From: an uncultured Opitutales bacterium
GTDB taxonomy: Bacteria > Verrucomicrobiota > Verrucomicrobiia > Opitutales > UBA9783
Length of the DNA: 64,000 nt
Direction of reading: 5' to 3'
Assembly: GCA_944389435.1 (NCBI GenBank)
Contig: CALXMI010000052.1
Location: forward strand, 544-64,543
Shown here: in pieces, positions 29,279 to 38,071 of the stretch
Layout: each line of letters begins with the position of its first letter
Numbering within the stretch: the stretch's first letter is position 1
Program-made: the position numbers and the translations under genes
Notes under the pieces: model-generated
What the model was told of the DNA's origin: nothing
Databases searched by the model: none
Seen by the model: the letters and a program-made list of their open reading frames with translations, nothing else

Positions 29279-30344
29279 AGCTGCCTCCTTTCACTTTTAA
29301 GAAAAAAGGATCGTCTATTTTTGAAAAATAGGCACGCAAAACATCTGCTCGGACTTTGTCTATTGTTAAAACGTCCTTGCTAAAGAATTCTTTCAAGCAA
29401 ACGGACGACATAGATTGCCAAAGCCTAAGAACGGCACGACGTTTTTTATTAGAAATAAATCCCATATCTATGGCCATTAAAACAATCGAAAGTAAGTTCA
29501 TAGACTCCTCGTAAGATATTTCATAACAACGGCCCAATAACCCTAACGAACGACTGATACTATCTTGTAAAAGTGTTATATTATCCTTTGCCACCACCTC
29601 ACGTGCCCGATGTTCTAACTGGCACAATCGTTGCGCCATGTTGTTCACGTGATCTAAGAGGGTGTTTTCATCGCCCCCCAACGCGTCTAAATTGGACAAA
29701 AAGAAAAGATGACCCATTATTTTATCCTTATCCAGGTGGGCTGGGAGCAAACTTAACTGTAGCTCTTGTGTAGCTTCTAAAAGGGTCGGCAGCTTTTTTA
29801 AAAAACAAAGGGCTGGCAAATGCAGATACGTTTCCGCCACAAGCCCACAACCTAAATCGTGCGGGTTGCTGGTAAAGTACCCCCATGTAGGATCAAAGGC
29901 GTAAGTCAAATTTTGTTCCAACAAAGAATCTAACGCGTCCAATTTTTTCCACATCGTTTTAAGTTGCAAACGAGACAAAGTAAGCTGTAACTGTACATGA
30001 TCACCATTGTTAGCAATAACCTGCACGTGTTGCTTGGGATGATACCATATAACGGTCTCGTCACACGGAAAGTCCAGGTAGAACAGGTTTTTTAGAAGCT
30101 CTTTTTCGTTAGAATTGCAATCACTCCACCTAAGCTCAACACATTCGTCTAAAGGCAAAATAGGCGCGAAAGCCTTATACAAACGTTCCACGATCGCCTG
30201 TTTTTGAGCCGAAGATGCTTGACTCGAAAATGGAATATTTTCGATATTACGTGATAAGCGCACACGATTCCCCATCCACACGGAAGCATTATCTACTTTC
30301 GTTTTTGTTTCCCATATATCACGAATCTCTTGCCTTATACTCAT
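29268..30344 (-). CDS. mcsB: McsB-like ATP:guanido phosphotransferase homolog with degenerate catalytic motifs (probable pseudokinase)
   Basis: 358 aa. The N-terminal 'GNRVRLSRNIENIPF' and 'TYLHLPAL' are McsB-like. However 'NEEDH' is 'NNGDH', 'CP(T/S)N(L/V)GTGLRA' is 'NPHDLGCGLVA', and 'RG..GE' is 'LPAHLDKD'. It overlaps the clpC start by 11 nt. Confidence 0.8.
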   Translation of the reverse strand: MSIRQEIRDIWETKTKVDNASVWMGNRVRLSRNIENIPFSSQASSAQKQAIVERLYKAFAPILPLDECVELRWSDCNSNEKELLKNLFYLDFPCDETVIWYHPKQHVQVIANNGDHVQLQLTLSRLQLKTMWKKLDALDSLLEQNLTYAFDPTWGYFTSNPHDLGCGLVAETYLHLPALCFLKKLPTLLEATQELQLSLLPAHLDKDKIMGHLFFLSNLDALGGDENTLLDHVNNMAQRLCQLEHRAREVVAKDNITLLQDSISRSLGLLGRCYEISYEESMNLLSIVLMAIDMGFISNKKRRAVLRLWQSMSSVCLKEFFSKDVLTIDKVRADVLRAYFSKIDDPFFLKVKGGSYVS

Positions 30345-30434
30345 ACTTTGTTAACGTGCGTTATCATGGAATCTTTCCACAAAACACGCAAGCCTTTATT
30401 AGATATAACGGAAGTTTTTCAAAAAACTTATGTA

Positions 30435-30459
30435 TTTTTATAAAAAATTTTTATAAAAA
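30435..30459. promoter_or_regulatory. Tandem AT palindrome 'TTTTTATAAAAA' x2 upstream of mcsB-like/clpC
   Basis: Located at 30435-30447 and 30448-30459, about 90-115 nt upstream of the ATG at 30344. It could be an UP-element or operator. No CtsR box (GGTCAAA repeat) or CIRCE element was seen. Confidence 0.3.
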
Positions 30460-30571
30460 TTTAAACAAAAACCCAACATATAAGCTTGTGAAATCCATAT
30501 ATATTCCGCATTCCCAAACAAAATAGCTAACACATGATTTCAAAAACAGGCACAAACTCCTACTTTCGTAC

Positions 30572-30640
30572 AACACAAAAGGTCTCCCAAAGTTGAGACC
30601 TAAAAAAACCCCTTCAGAGCTTAATTGTTGGGGCGGCCTC
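30572..30640 (-). terminator. Possible ldhA terminator region (weak)
   Basis: On the minus strand a short hairpin (CCCC..GGGG) is followed by a 7-T run. Then GGTCTC(30600-30595)/GAGACC(30586-30581) is followed by 'ttttgtgtt'. The stems are short. Confidence 0.3.
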
Positions 30641-30751
30641 CAAACAAAGGTTAATTAACAACCCCACACCCTTACAAGCGCAAGTCTATAGAAGAAGCCC
30701 AAGAATGCTTATACAAGCGATCTAAAAGGCTATTCACTGCTCCTGCAAGCT

Positions 30752-31762
30752 TTACTGGGACGTCTGCGTGACTTCGTTTACAAGCGGCTTGCTGTCGATA
30801 AAAGCCTGTATGTTTTCTAGCGTCGTACTCGTAATGTTCGTAAGCGCTTCTTTCGTAAAGAAAGCTTGGTGCGAGCTTACAAGCACATTATTGAAAGACA
30901 AAAGGCGGGCCAAAACATCATCTTCAATCGGTTGATCTGAATGGTCTGTATAGAAATAATCGCCTTCACTCTCGTATACATCCAAGCCTGCAAAACCAAT
31001 TTTACCGCTCTTCAAGCCCCTAATAAGCGCTTGCGTATCGATCAATAGGCCACGACCCGTATTAATAATCATGACGCCTTTTTTCATGCGATTGATAGTT
31101 TCGTCGTTGATCATATAACGGCTTTCAGGGGTAAGTGGACAATGCAGTGAAATGATGTCCGAAGCTTCAAACAAGTGATCCAACGTTGTATATTGGACTC
31201 CATGAGCCTTAGCAAAAGCATCATCTTGGAAAATATCGTAGGCCAAAATCTTTACATCAAAGCCACCGAGCAGGTTTATAAGCACCTTGGCAATCTTTCC
31301 TGTACCTATAATACCGATAGTCTTTTCATGCATGTCGAATCCCATAAGGCCATTCAACGAAAAATTACCCTCACGTGTACGTTTGGAGGCTTGACAAATG
31401 TGACGATTGGAAGCTAACATCAATCCCAATGCGTATTCGGCAACCGCATAGGGCGAATAGGCTGGCACACGAACCACCTTAATCTTACCGGCAGCGGCCT
31501 CTAGATCTACGTTATTGAACCCTGCGCAACGTAACGCAATTAAGCGGGTTCCATTTTTATACAAAGTATCAATAACAGCCTTGTTAACAACATCGTTCAC
31601 AAACACGCAAACAACCTCGCTTCCACGAGCTAAATCTACCGTTGCTTCCGATAAATTCGGCTTTAGAAAATGTAAACTGAAGCCCAAATTTTTCTCGGAA
31701 TGGATTGCGTTAAAAAATTGTTCATCGTAAGGTTGTGTTCCAAAAAAAGTAACTGTTGTCAT
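30752..31762 (-). CDS. ldhA: D-lactate dehydrogenase / D-isomer-specific 2-hydroxyacid dehydrogenase
   Basis: 'MTTVTFFGTQPYDEQFF', NAD motif 'GIIGTGKIAKVL', 'INTGRG', 'VSSHQAFFT'. The ATG at 31762 is preferred over the track start at 31822. Confidence 0.9.
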   Translation of the reverse strand: MTTVTFFGTQPYDEQFFNAIHSEKNLGFSLHFLKPNLSEATVDLARGSEVVCVFVNDVVNKAVIDTLYKNGTRLIALRCAGFNNVDLEAAAGKIKVVRVPAYSPYAVAEYALGLMLASNRHICQASKRTREGNFSLNGLMGFDMHEKTIGIIGTGKIAKVLINLLGGFDVKILAYDIFQDDAFAKAHGVQYTTLDHLFEASDIISLHCPLTPESRYMINDETINRMKKGVMIINTGRGLLIDTQALIRGLKSGKIGFAGLDVYESEGDYFYTDHSDQPIEDDVLARLLSFNNVLVSSHQAFFTKEALTNITSTTLENIQAFIDSKPLVNEVTQTSQ

Positions 31763-31818
31763 GCTCCTATTATACTCCATTTTAGATAAACAACAAGCTC
31801 TTTTCGTTAATATTTTTA

Positions 31819-31842
31819 ACACGGTCCGTGTAAATATTTACA
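31819..31842. promoter_or_regulatory. Two overlapping perfect palindromes upstream of ldhA
   Basis: 'ACACGGtCCGTGT' at 31819-31831 and 'TGTAAATATTTACA' at 31829-31842, about 60-80 nt upstream of the ldhA ATG. Confidence 0.4.
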
Positions 31843-31944
31843 TTTAAAGGTCAAGTGCCACCCACAACTGTAGAGTTTTTATCAACCATTTACTTCAAGT
31901 ATGACTGAGTATGACTGATCGAATTTTTCGCAAAAACGAGGAGC

Positions 31945-33405
31945 CTATTGGATAACATCAAAAAAATTTTCGTGGAAATCTTGCTTTGAACAGCGCCAGC
32001 GCCAATTTTGACCTACTGTACCAGGTGTGTTCGTGCGAGCCTCTGAGCCTAACCCTAAAATATCTTGCAAAGGGATGATGACATGTTGACTGGTCCTATG
32101 TTTTAAAATCCATCGGATAATCTTCTTGGCTACATTGGTTTCATCAAGAACCTCGTTCATAATCGTTGCCACCTGCTGTCGCTGTTTTGCTGTTAAGCCC
32201 TTAAACCATCCGCACGTCGTATCATTATCGTGCGTGCCCGTATAAACAACCTGCAATTTTTGCCAATTGTCCGGCAAGTAAGGATTTTGAGGCCCTCCTT
32301 CAAAGGCAAACTGCACGACGGCCATCCCTGGAAGTTTCAATGTTGCTTTAAACTCACGAACCTTTTTATGCAAATCTCCCAAATCTTCTAAAATGAATGG
32401 CATTTGTGGAAAGTTTCGCTCGAGTGTTGCAAACAATTTATGCTGAGGTCCTTGTAACCATTGCCCATGCCGCGCAGTTTTTTCACCGAAAGGAATCGAC
32501 CAGTAATCATAAAAGCCCCGAAAATGATCCAGGCGAACCCTGTCAAACCATTCTAATTGCTTACGAATCCTCTTAAGCCACCAATCATACTCTCGACACT
32601 CCTGGTAGTGCCAATCGTACACAGGATTCCCCCAAAGCTGACCATCGCTAGAGAAATAATCAGGCGGTACACCTGCAACAGCCAGTGGCCGATCAAGGCT
32701 TGTATCCCACACAAACAACTTACGATTACCCCAAACCGTAGCACTGTCTTGTCCAACATATAGCGGTAGATCGCCTATAAGCTCTATATCGCTTTGTCGG
32801 GCATAATTTCGTATTTTCATCCACTGCTCGGTTAAAATCCACTGCTCAAACTTAAAGAAATCTACAAATTTCTTGCAAACTTTTCTGTAAGTTTCCACCT
32901 CTGGATTCCGATAGGAATGAAATTCGCGAGGCCATTGCCACCAAGGCGCTTTGTTAAATCGCTTCTTAAGTGCACTAAAGGTTGCGAAAACATCCAAATC
33001 TTCATTCTCTTCCTCCTTAAAATGGTTAAATGCCTCCGTATCGTCTTTTTCTAAAAACCGTTCATAGGCCAGCATCAACAGAGGTGTTTTATAGCCTTCA
33101 ACCTGTTCGTAATCAATGGTATGAGGATTGTTTCCATGGAAGCCTTGACTTTCTTGCTCCGTCAACCAACCTCGTTGAACGAAATCTTCCAAATCAATAA
33201 ACAATGGATTAAACACCGACTCTCCAAGCGCTTGATAGGGCGATTCCCCAAATCCGGTAGGCCCTAAAGGACAAACTTGCCAAGCATTTAACCCTGCTTG
33301 CTTTAATAAATCGATCCAACGGTAAGCCATGGCGCCAAAAGAACCTATTCCTCCCTTTGATGGCAGAGAAAAAACGGGAAGTAAAATACCTGTAAGTGGA
33401 TTCAT
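31945..33405 (-). CDS. malQ: 4-alpha-glucanotransferase (amylomaltase, GH77)
   Basis: 'GIGSFG', 'VRLDHFRGF', 'ILEDLG', 'YTGTHDNDT'. The ATG at 33405 overlaps the upstream TGA (ATGA). Confidence 0.93.
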   Translation of the reverse strand: MNPLTGILLPVFSLPSKGGIGSFGAMAYRWIDLLKQAGLNAWQVCPLGPTGFGESPYQALGESVFNPLFIDLEDFVQRGWLTEQESQGFHGNNPHTIDYEQVEGYKTPLLMLAYERFLEKDDTEAFNHFKEEENEDLDVFATFSALKKRFNKAPWWQWPREFHSYRNPEVETYRKVCKKFVDFFKFEQWILTEQWMKIRNYARQSDIELIGDLPLYVGQDSATVWGNRKLFVWDTSLDRPLAVAGVPPDYFSSDGQLWGNPVYDWHYQECREYDWWLKRIRKQLEWFDRVRLDHFRGFYDYWSIPFGEKTARHGQWLQGPQHKLFATLERNFPQMPFILEDLGDLHKKVREFKATLKLPGMAVVQFAFEGGPQNPYLPDNWQKLQVVYTGTHDNDTTCGWFKGLTAKQRQQVATIMNEVLDETNVAKKIIRWILKHRTSQHVIIPLQDILGLGSEARTNTPGTVGQNWRWRCSKQDFHENFFDVIQ

Positions 33406-33719
33406 AGCGCACCCTCTTTTGAACAAGGAAAACTTGCAGGACCTTCATGGCCAACTGTTTTTACGTAACACTCTGAAATAGGATCACGCACGTATTTCGT
33501 AAAACCATGGCTTGCAATATTTTTGTCTGTAAGCAATTGTTTGGTATGACCTTCAGAATACCCCTTCGATAGATTGGGAACCGTATATACTCTTTCAACC
33601 GGATATCCCGTTTGGGGATCCTGTGTTAACTTATTGTTAATTCCGTGATCCACTTCAAAAATAGGACACGCATCGCGCTTTACATTCGGCACCAAGACTC
33701 GATACAAATAGGTCGGCAT
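33402..33719 (-). CDS. FmdB-like small protein lacking the zinc-ligand cysteines
   Basis: 105 aa. It starts 'MPTYLYRV...PIFEVDH...DPQTGYPVERV', which parallels the FmdB layout 'MPxYxYxCxxCG..FE....CPxCG..v.R', but both CxxC pairs are absent. Confidence 0.6.
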   Translation of the reverse strand: MPTYLYRVLVPNVKRDACPIFEVDHGINNKLTQDPQTGYPVERVYTVPNLSKGYSEGHTKQLLTDKNIASHGFTKYVRDPISECYVKTVGHEGPASFPCSKEGAL

Positions 33720-33934
33720 GGATACATACTACACTTGATAAAAAAACTTTTCAAGCAAGTTTATACAAATGTACAACTACCTTACAGACATCTAAGGGTT
33801 GCTATTCTATCGTTTTTCGACTTCCTAAAGACGTTTCTTTTAAACTTCCAAAGGTCTTTTTTAGTTTATGTGGGAGTTTTATCAAATAACACTTGACTCG
33901 GAGACGAAAATTTTCAAACTATAAACCATCATAA

Positions 33935-34234
33935 ATGGAAGAAACTATTGAAGTTGAGGGAAACGTTGTCACCGTATTGCCAGGAACTACCTTTAGGGTA
34001 AGACTTGATAATAATCACGAATTATTGGCCCATATTTCAGGAAAATTAAGGAAGAATTTTATAAAAATAGGCGTCGGAGATCGCGTAAAGATGGAAATGA
34101 GTCCGTACGACTTAAATCAAGCACGTATTTGCTACCGATTAAAACAGACAGTCTCTCAATCTCAACCGCCTAAGCGTAGTTTCGGCCCACGTCGCAATAC
34201 CAATTCGCCTTCACGAGAGCCAAAGAATCGGTAG
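33935..34234 (+). CDS. infA: Translation initiation factor IF-1 with a ~29-aa basic C-terminal extension
   Basis: '[64 protein letters not shown]' is the full S1-like IF-1 core. It is followed by '[29 protein letters not shown]'. Confidence 0.93.
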   Translation: MEETIEVEGNVVTVLPGTTFRVRLDNNHELLAHISGKLRKNFIKIGVGDRVKMEMSPYDLNQARICYRLKQTVSQSQPPKRSFGPRRNTNSPSREPKNR

Positions 34235-34325
34235 GCTAGGTTCACCCCTTCTTGCCAAAAACACACAGGTGTTTTCGTTTCACTAAGACTCAAATGTAAT
34301 TTGGCTTCAGAATTTCCTTGCCTGA

Positions 34326-35816
34326 ATGGACGGAATGTTGTTCTTTGGATTTGCTATGGAAGACGAAAATACGTTGTTCGCAATTCGGAAAGAGAAATTT
34401 GATAATTTATGCCAACAAGGCAAAAATCCGTTTCAGGCAAATTTCAAGCAAAAGCATACTTCTCAAAAAGTGATCGAGCTTTTCACGAACGCAGAAAAAA
34501 ACGGTAAAGATTGCGAAAAGGTAGCTGTTGCCGGACGTATCATTGCTTTTCGTCTTATGGGCAAAGCATCCTTTTTAAAGCTTTTAGATCAAAAGGGCAC
34601 ACTGCAAGTCTATGTTTCTAACAACGAAGATACGGGCATTGGCTTAGAATCTTACACGGAGTTCAAAAAGCTGGACATAGGCGACTTCGTGGGCGTTGAG
34701 GGCGATGTTTTCAGGACATCTACCGGAGAAATTACCGTAAGGGCCCGATCTTACACGTTGGTGTCTAAATCGTTCCGCTCTTTACCAGATAAATTTCACG
34801 GCTTAAACAATCCTGACACCATCTACCGCCAACGGTATTTAGATTTGATCGTCAACAAGGATTCTCGTGAACGCTTTTTCAAACGGTCCAACATCATCAA
34901 GGGCATCCGCGAATTCTTGTGGAATCGCGACTTCGTAGAAGTTGAGACCCCCATGCTGCAAGATATCGCTGGTGGAGCAGCCGCACGGCCGTTCACAACC
35001 CACATGAACGCTTTGAATCGTGAATTTTACCTACGTATTTCTTTGGAGTTGTATTTAAAGCGTATGCTCATTGGAGGCTACGATCGCGTATTCGAAATTG
35101 GCCGAAATTTCCGTAACGAAGGACTTTCACGTCGCCATAATCCCGAATTTACTATGATCGAACTTTATCAAGCTTACTCTGATTATCGTGGCATGATGCA
35201 GCTGATTTACGATCTTATTCAGTATCTTTGCGTAAAGGTTATTGGTAAAACAAGCCTAACAAGTTACACCGGACAAACCATTGAGCTAAGCGGTGCATGG
35301 AAGGAAATTACCTACACACAGTGCATTTTAGATGCCACAAAAGATCCACAATGGTTTTCACATTCACGTGAAGAAAAGTTGCAAGCTTGCAAAGCTTTAG
35401 AAATTGAAGTTAATTCAGAAGCCGAAGATTTTGAAGTCACGAACAACGTTTTTGAAAAATGCGTTGCGCCTAACCTCATTCAGCCGACCTACGTCACACA
35501 ATTGCCCAAAGAGCTGTGTCCGTTAGCAAAACTCAACCCGAAAGATCCTCGTTACATCGACGTTTTTGAGCTGTATATCAACGGTCAAGAGATTGCTCCT
35601 GCCTATTCGGAACAAAATGATCCATTTGTTCAAAGAGAAATGTTTGAAGCGCAAGCCGGCGAAGAGACGCAAAAAGTTGACAACGACTTTCTAATGGCAC
35701 TTGAATATGGTATGCCACCGGCTGGAGGCATGGGCATTGGAATTGATCGCCTCTGCATTTTGCTAACAGAAGCCGATAACATCCGCGACACTTTACTCTA
35801 CCCAACCTTGAAATAA
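34326..35816 (+). CDS. lysS: Lysine--tRNA ligase (class II)
   Basis: 496 aa. OB anticodon domain, 'FRNEGLSRRHNPEFTMIE', 'GGMGIGIDRL'. Alternative starts are at 34335 and 34356. Confidence 0.95.
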   Translation: MDGMLFFGFAMEDENTLFAIRKEKFDNLCQQGKNPFQANFKQKHTSQKVIELFTNAEKNGKDCEKVAVAGRIIAFRLMGKASFLKLLDQKGTLQVYVSNNEDTGIGLESYTEFKKLDIGDFVGVEGDVFRTSTGEITVRARSYTLVSKSFRSLPDKFHGLNNPDTIYRQRYLDLIVNKDSRERFFKRSNIIKGIREFLWNRDFVEVETPMLQDIAGGAAARPFTTHMNALNREFYLRISLELYLKRMLIGGYDRVFEIGRNFRNEGLSRRHNPEFTMIELYQAYSDYRGMMQLIYDLIQYLCVKVIGKTSLTSYTGQTIELSGAWKEITYTQCILDATKDPQWFSHSREEKLQACKALEIEVNSEAEDFEVTNNVFEKCVAPNLIQPTYVTQLPKELCPLAKLNPKDPRYIDVFELYINGQEIAPAYSEQNDPFVQREMFEAQAGEETQKVDNDFLMALEYGMPPAGGMGIGIDRLCILLTEADNIRDTLLYPTLK

Positions 35817-35818
35817 CC

Positions 35819-36784
35819 ATGGACGAAATTGCGATTGTTCTAACTTGTGATGATCGATACATACGTCACGCAGCAGCAACCATCATTTCTGTCGTAAAAA
35901 ATTCGAAGCGTCGTTTCCATTTTTATCTGTTCGATTGCGGCATTAAGCCTGAAAATATACAGAAGCTTCTGCAATGGGATCTGGGCGATAACAAAATAGA
36001 AGTCGTCAACATTAAAAAGCAAGCAGTTTTTGAAAATTTTCACGTTCATTCGCGTTATACTTCCGCAATTTTTTACCGGCTTGTCATTCCTGAGGTTTTG
36101 GCCCATTTGGATAAAGCCATTTTTATGGACGCAGACATCATTGTCTTGGGAGATCTGGGCGAAGTATGGGACATTCCAATGGAAAATTGTTTACTGGGAG
36201 CCGTTAGCGAAGAGGACAATTTTTTTCCAGCCAAGATTTACAAAGCTCGCAAGTTGCGAATTGGCATGCCACTTCACGCAGAATTTTTTAACTCAGGGTT
36301 TTTGCTACTCAATCTGGATGCACTTCGTCAGTGGAAGTTGTTCGAGCGGGTTACAAACTTTTTTAAAACAAATACCTGCCCTCACATTACCCTACAGGAC
36401 CAAGATGCGCTCAATCTGTTGATTGACAGAGACCGTTACATCAGTCTGCCCGCCAAATTTAATTGCAGCATCCGGAGTCACCTGGGGGATAAAAATCCTA
36501 CATGCATTCATTTTATCCTAAAAATTTGGTTGTTTCGCGAAAATTTCGTTAAATATTTTTTGCAATTCTTCTATCCTCATAGTGTCGAATATTTCAAGTA
36601 CGCACATTTGACACCCTTTGCAGACAAGATAAATGAAGATGCTTCCTATTTAAAGGCCTTTAGCTGGCTGTGGAAATTCACATTCCTTCCTATTGAACAT
36701 TTCATACGGTTTAAAATTCGCGATCCTTTTATGAACGCTATCAGGACGCATCGACGTAATTCTGGTAAAAAAAGTACAAAATAA
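35819..36784 (+). CDS. Glycosyltransferase family 8 (LPS glycosyltransferase-like)
   Basis: 'IAIVLTCDDRYIRHAAATIISV', 'YTSAIFYRLVIPEVL', DxD 'FMDADIIVLGDL', 'FNSGFLLLNLDALR', 'DQDALN'. Confidence 0.88.
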   Translation: MDEIAIVLTCDDRYIRHAAATIISVVKNSKRRFHFYLFDCGIKPENIQKLLQWDLGDNKIEVVNIKKQAVFENFHVHSRYTSAIFYRLVIPEVLAHLDKAIFMDADIIVLGDLGEVWDIPMENCLLGAVSEEDNFFPAKIYKARKLRIGMPLHAEFFNSGFLLLNLDALRQWKLFERVTNFFKTNTCPHITLQDQDALNLLIDRDRYISLPAKFNCSIRSHLGDKNPTCIHFILKIWLFRENFVKYFLQFFYPHSVEYFKYAHLTPFADKINEDASYLKAFSWLWKFTFLPIEHFIRFKIRDPFMNAIRTHRRNSGKKSTK

Positions 36785-36826
36785 AGGTTTACAAAAAACC
36801 TCAAGTAGGATACAATTTTTACTGTT

Positions 36827-37852
36827 ATGAAAACAAGAATTGGGATTAATGGGTTTGGCCGTATTGGTCGTCTGGTTTTTCGCGCAATAACGGAAAGAGG
36901 CTTATTGGGTAAAGATTTTGAAGTTGTAGCTATCAATGATTTAGTTGGTGCTGATAATTTAGCTTATTTGCTCAAATACGATTCGACTCAAGGTCGTTTT
37001 AACGGAACTGTGGAGGCAAAAGGCGAAGACGTGTTGGTTGTTAATGGGCACGAAATCAAATGTTTAGCTATTAAAGAAGGACCTACAGCGTTACCTTGGA
37101 AAGATTTGAATGTAGACGTGGTTATCGAGTCGACTGGCTTATTTACCTCTGACGAGAAGGCTCAAGGACATCTTACAGCTGGTGCCAAGAAGGTCTTAAT
37201 TACTGCTCCAGCTAAGGGCGATAAGATTCGTACCATTGTTATGGGCGTAAACGATAAAGATTTACAAAAATCTGATACACTTATTTCGAATGCCTCCTGC
37301 ACAACCAACTGCTTGGCTCCTATTACGAAGGTTATTTTGGAGAACTTTGGTATTGAAGAAGGGTTGATGACAACCGTTCATAGCTATACCGCGACACAAA
37401 AGACGGTAGATGGTCCATCCAAGAAAGATTGGAAAGGTGGACGTACGGCTGCCATCAATATTATCCCTTCGACAACTGGAGCGGCCAAGGCGGTAGGTTT
37501 GGTTTTGCCAGAGGTAAAGGGCAAGTTAACTGGCATGTCTTTCCGTGTACCTACACCAACGGTTTCTGTCGTTGATTTGACCGTAAAGACCACGCGCCCC
37601 ACTTCCTATGCAGAGATTTGCAAGAAAATGAAGGAGGCTTCCGAGGGGTCTTTGAAAGGCATTTTGGGATATACCGAAGACGAAGTTGTCTCCAGCGATT
37701 TCATCCACGACACACGTTCTTCCATTTTTGACGCAGGTTCGGGAATCGAACTCAATGATCGCTTCTTTAAGTTGGTCAGCTGGTATGACAACGAATGGGG
37801 TTACAGCAATCGCTGCGTAGACGTTTTACAGCGTTTAGCAACCTTACTATAA
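36827..37852 (+). CDS. gap: Glyceraldehyde-3-phosphate dehydrogenase
   Basis: '[10 protein letters not shown]', active site '[12 protein letters not shown]', 'WYDNEWGYS'. Confidence 0.96.
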   Translation: MKTRIGINGFGRIGRLVFRAITERGLLGKDFEVVAINDLVGADNLAYLLKYDSTQGRFNGTVEAKGEDVLVVNGHEIKCLAIKEGPTALPWKDLNVDVVIESTGLFTSDEKAQGHLTAGAKKVLITAPAKGDKIRTIVMGVNDKDLQKSDTLISNASCTTNCLAPITKVILENFGIEEGLMTTVHSYTATQKTVDGPSKKDWKGGRTAAINIIPSTTGAAKAVGLVLPEVKGKLTGMSFRVPTPTVSVVDLTVKTTRPTSYAEICKKMKEASEGSLKGILGYTEDEVVSSDFIHDTRSSIFDAGSGIELNDRFFKLVSWYDNEWGYSNRCVDVLQRLATLL

Positions 37853-37911
37853 ATCATTTTTTATAAGCGACCTTCACGGATGTTCTTGTAGCATTCCGTA
37901 AGAGACTAAAG

Positions 37912-37958
37912 CCTCGAAGGAAACTCCTGCAGGTGTTTCCTTCGAGGTGTGTTTGTTT
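37912..37958 (+). terminator. Rho-independent terminator of gap
   Basis: A perfect 13-bp stem, CCTCGAAGGAAAC (37912-24) / GTTTCCTTCGAGG (37935-47), with a 10-nt loop, followed by 'tgtgtttgttt'. Confidence 0.85.
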
Positions 37959-38071
37959 ACGGGCACAGTTTTCTATCCATTTCCTACCTTACAACAGGTT
38001 ATGTTGATGGATCCATTTTTCGTGATAATTTTATTTACTCATCATTCGTTTTTCTCTATAATCAAGAGGCA

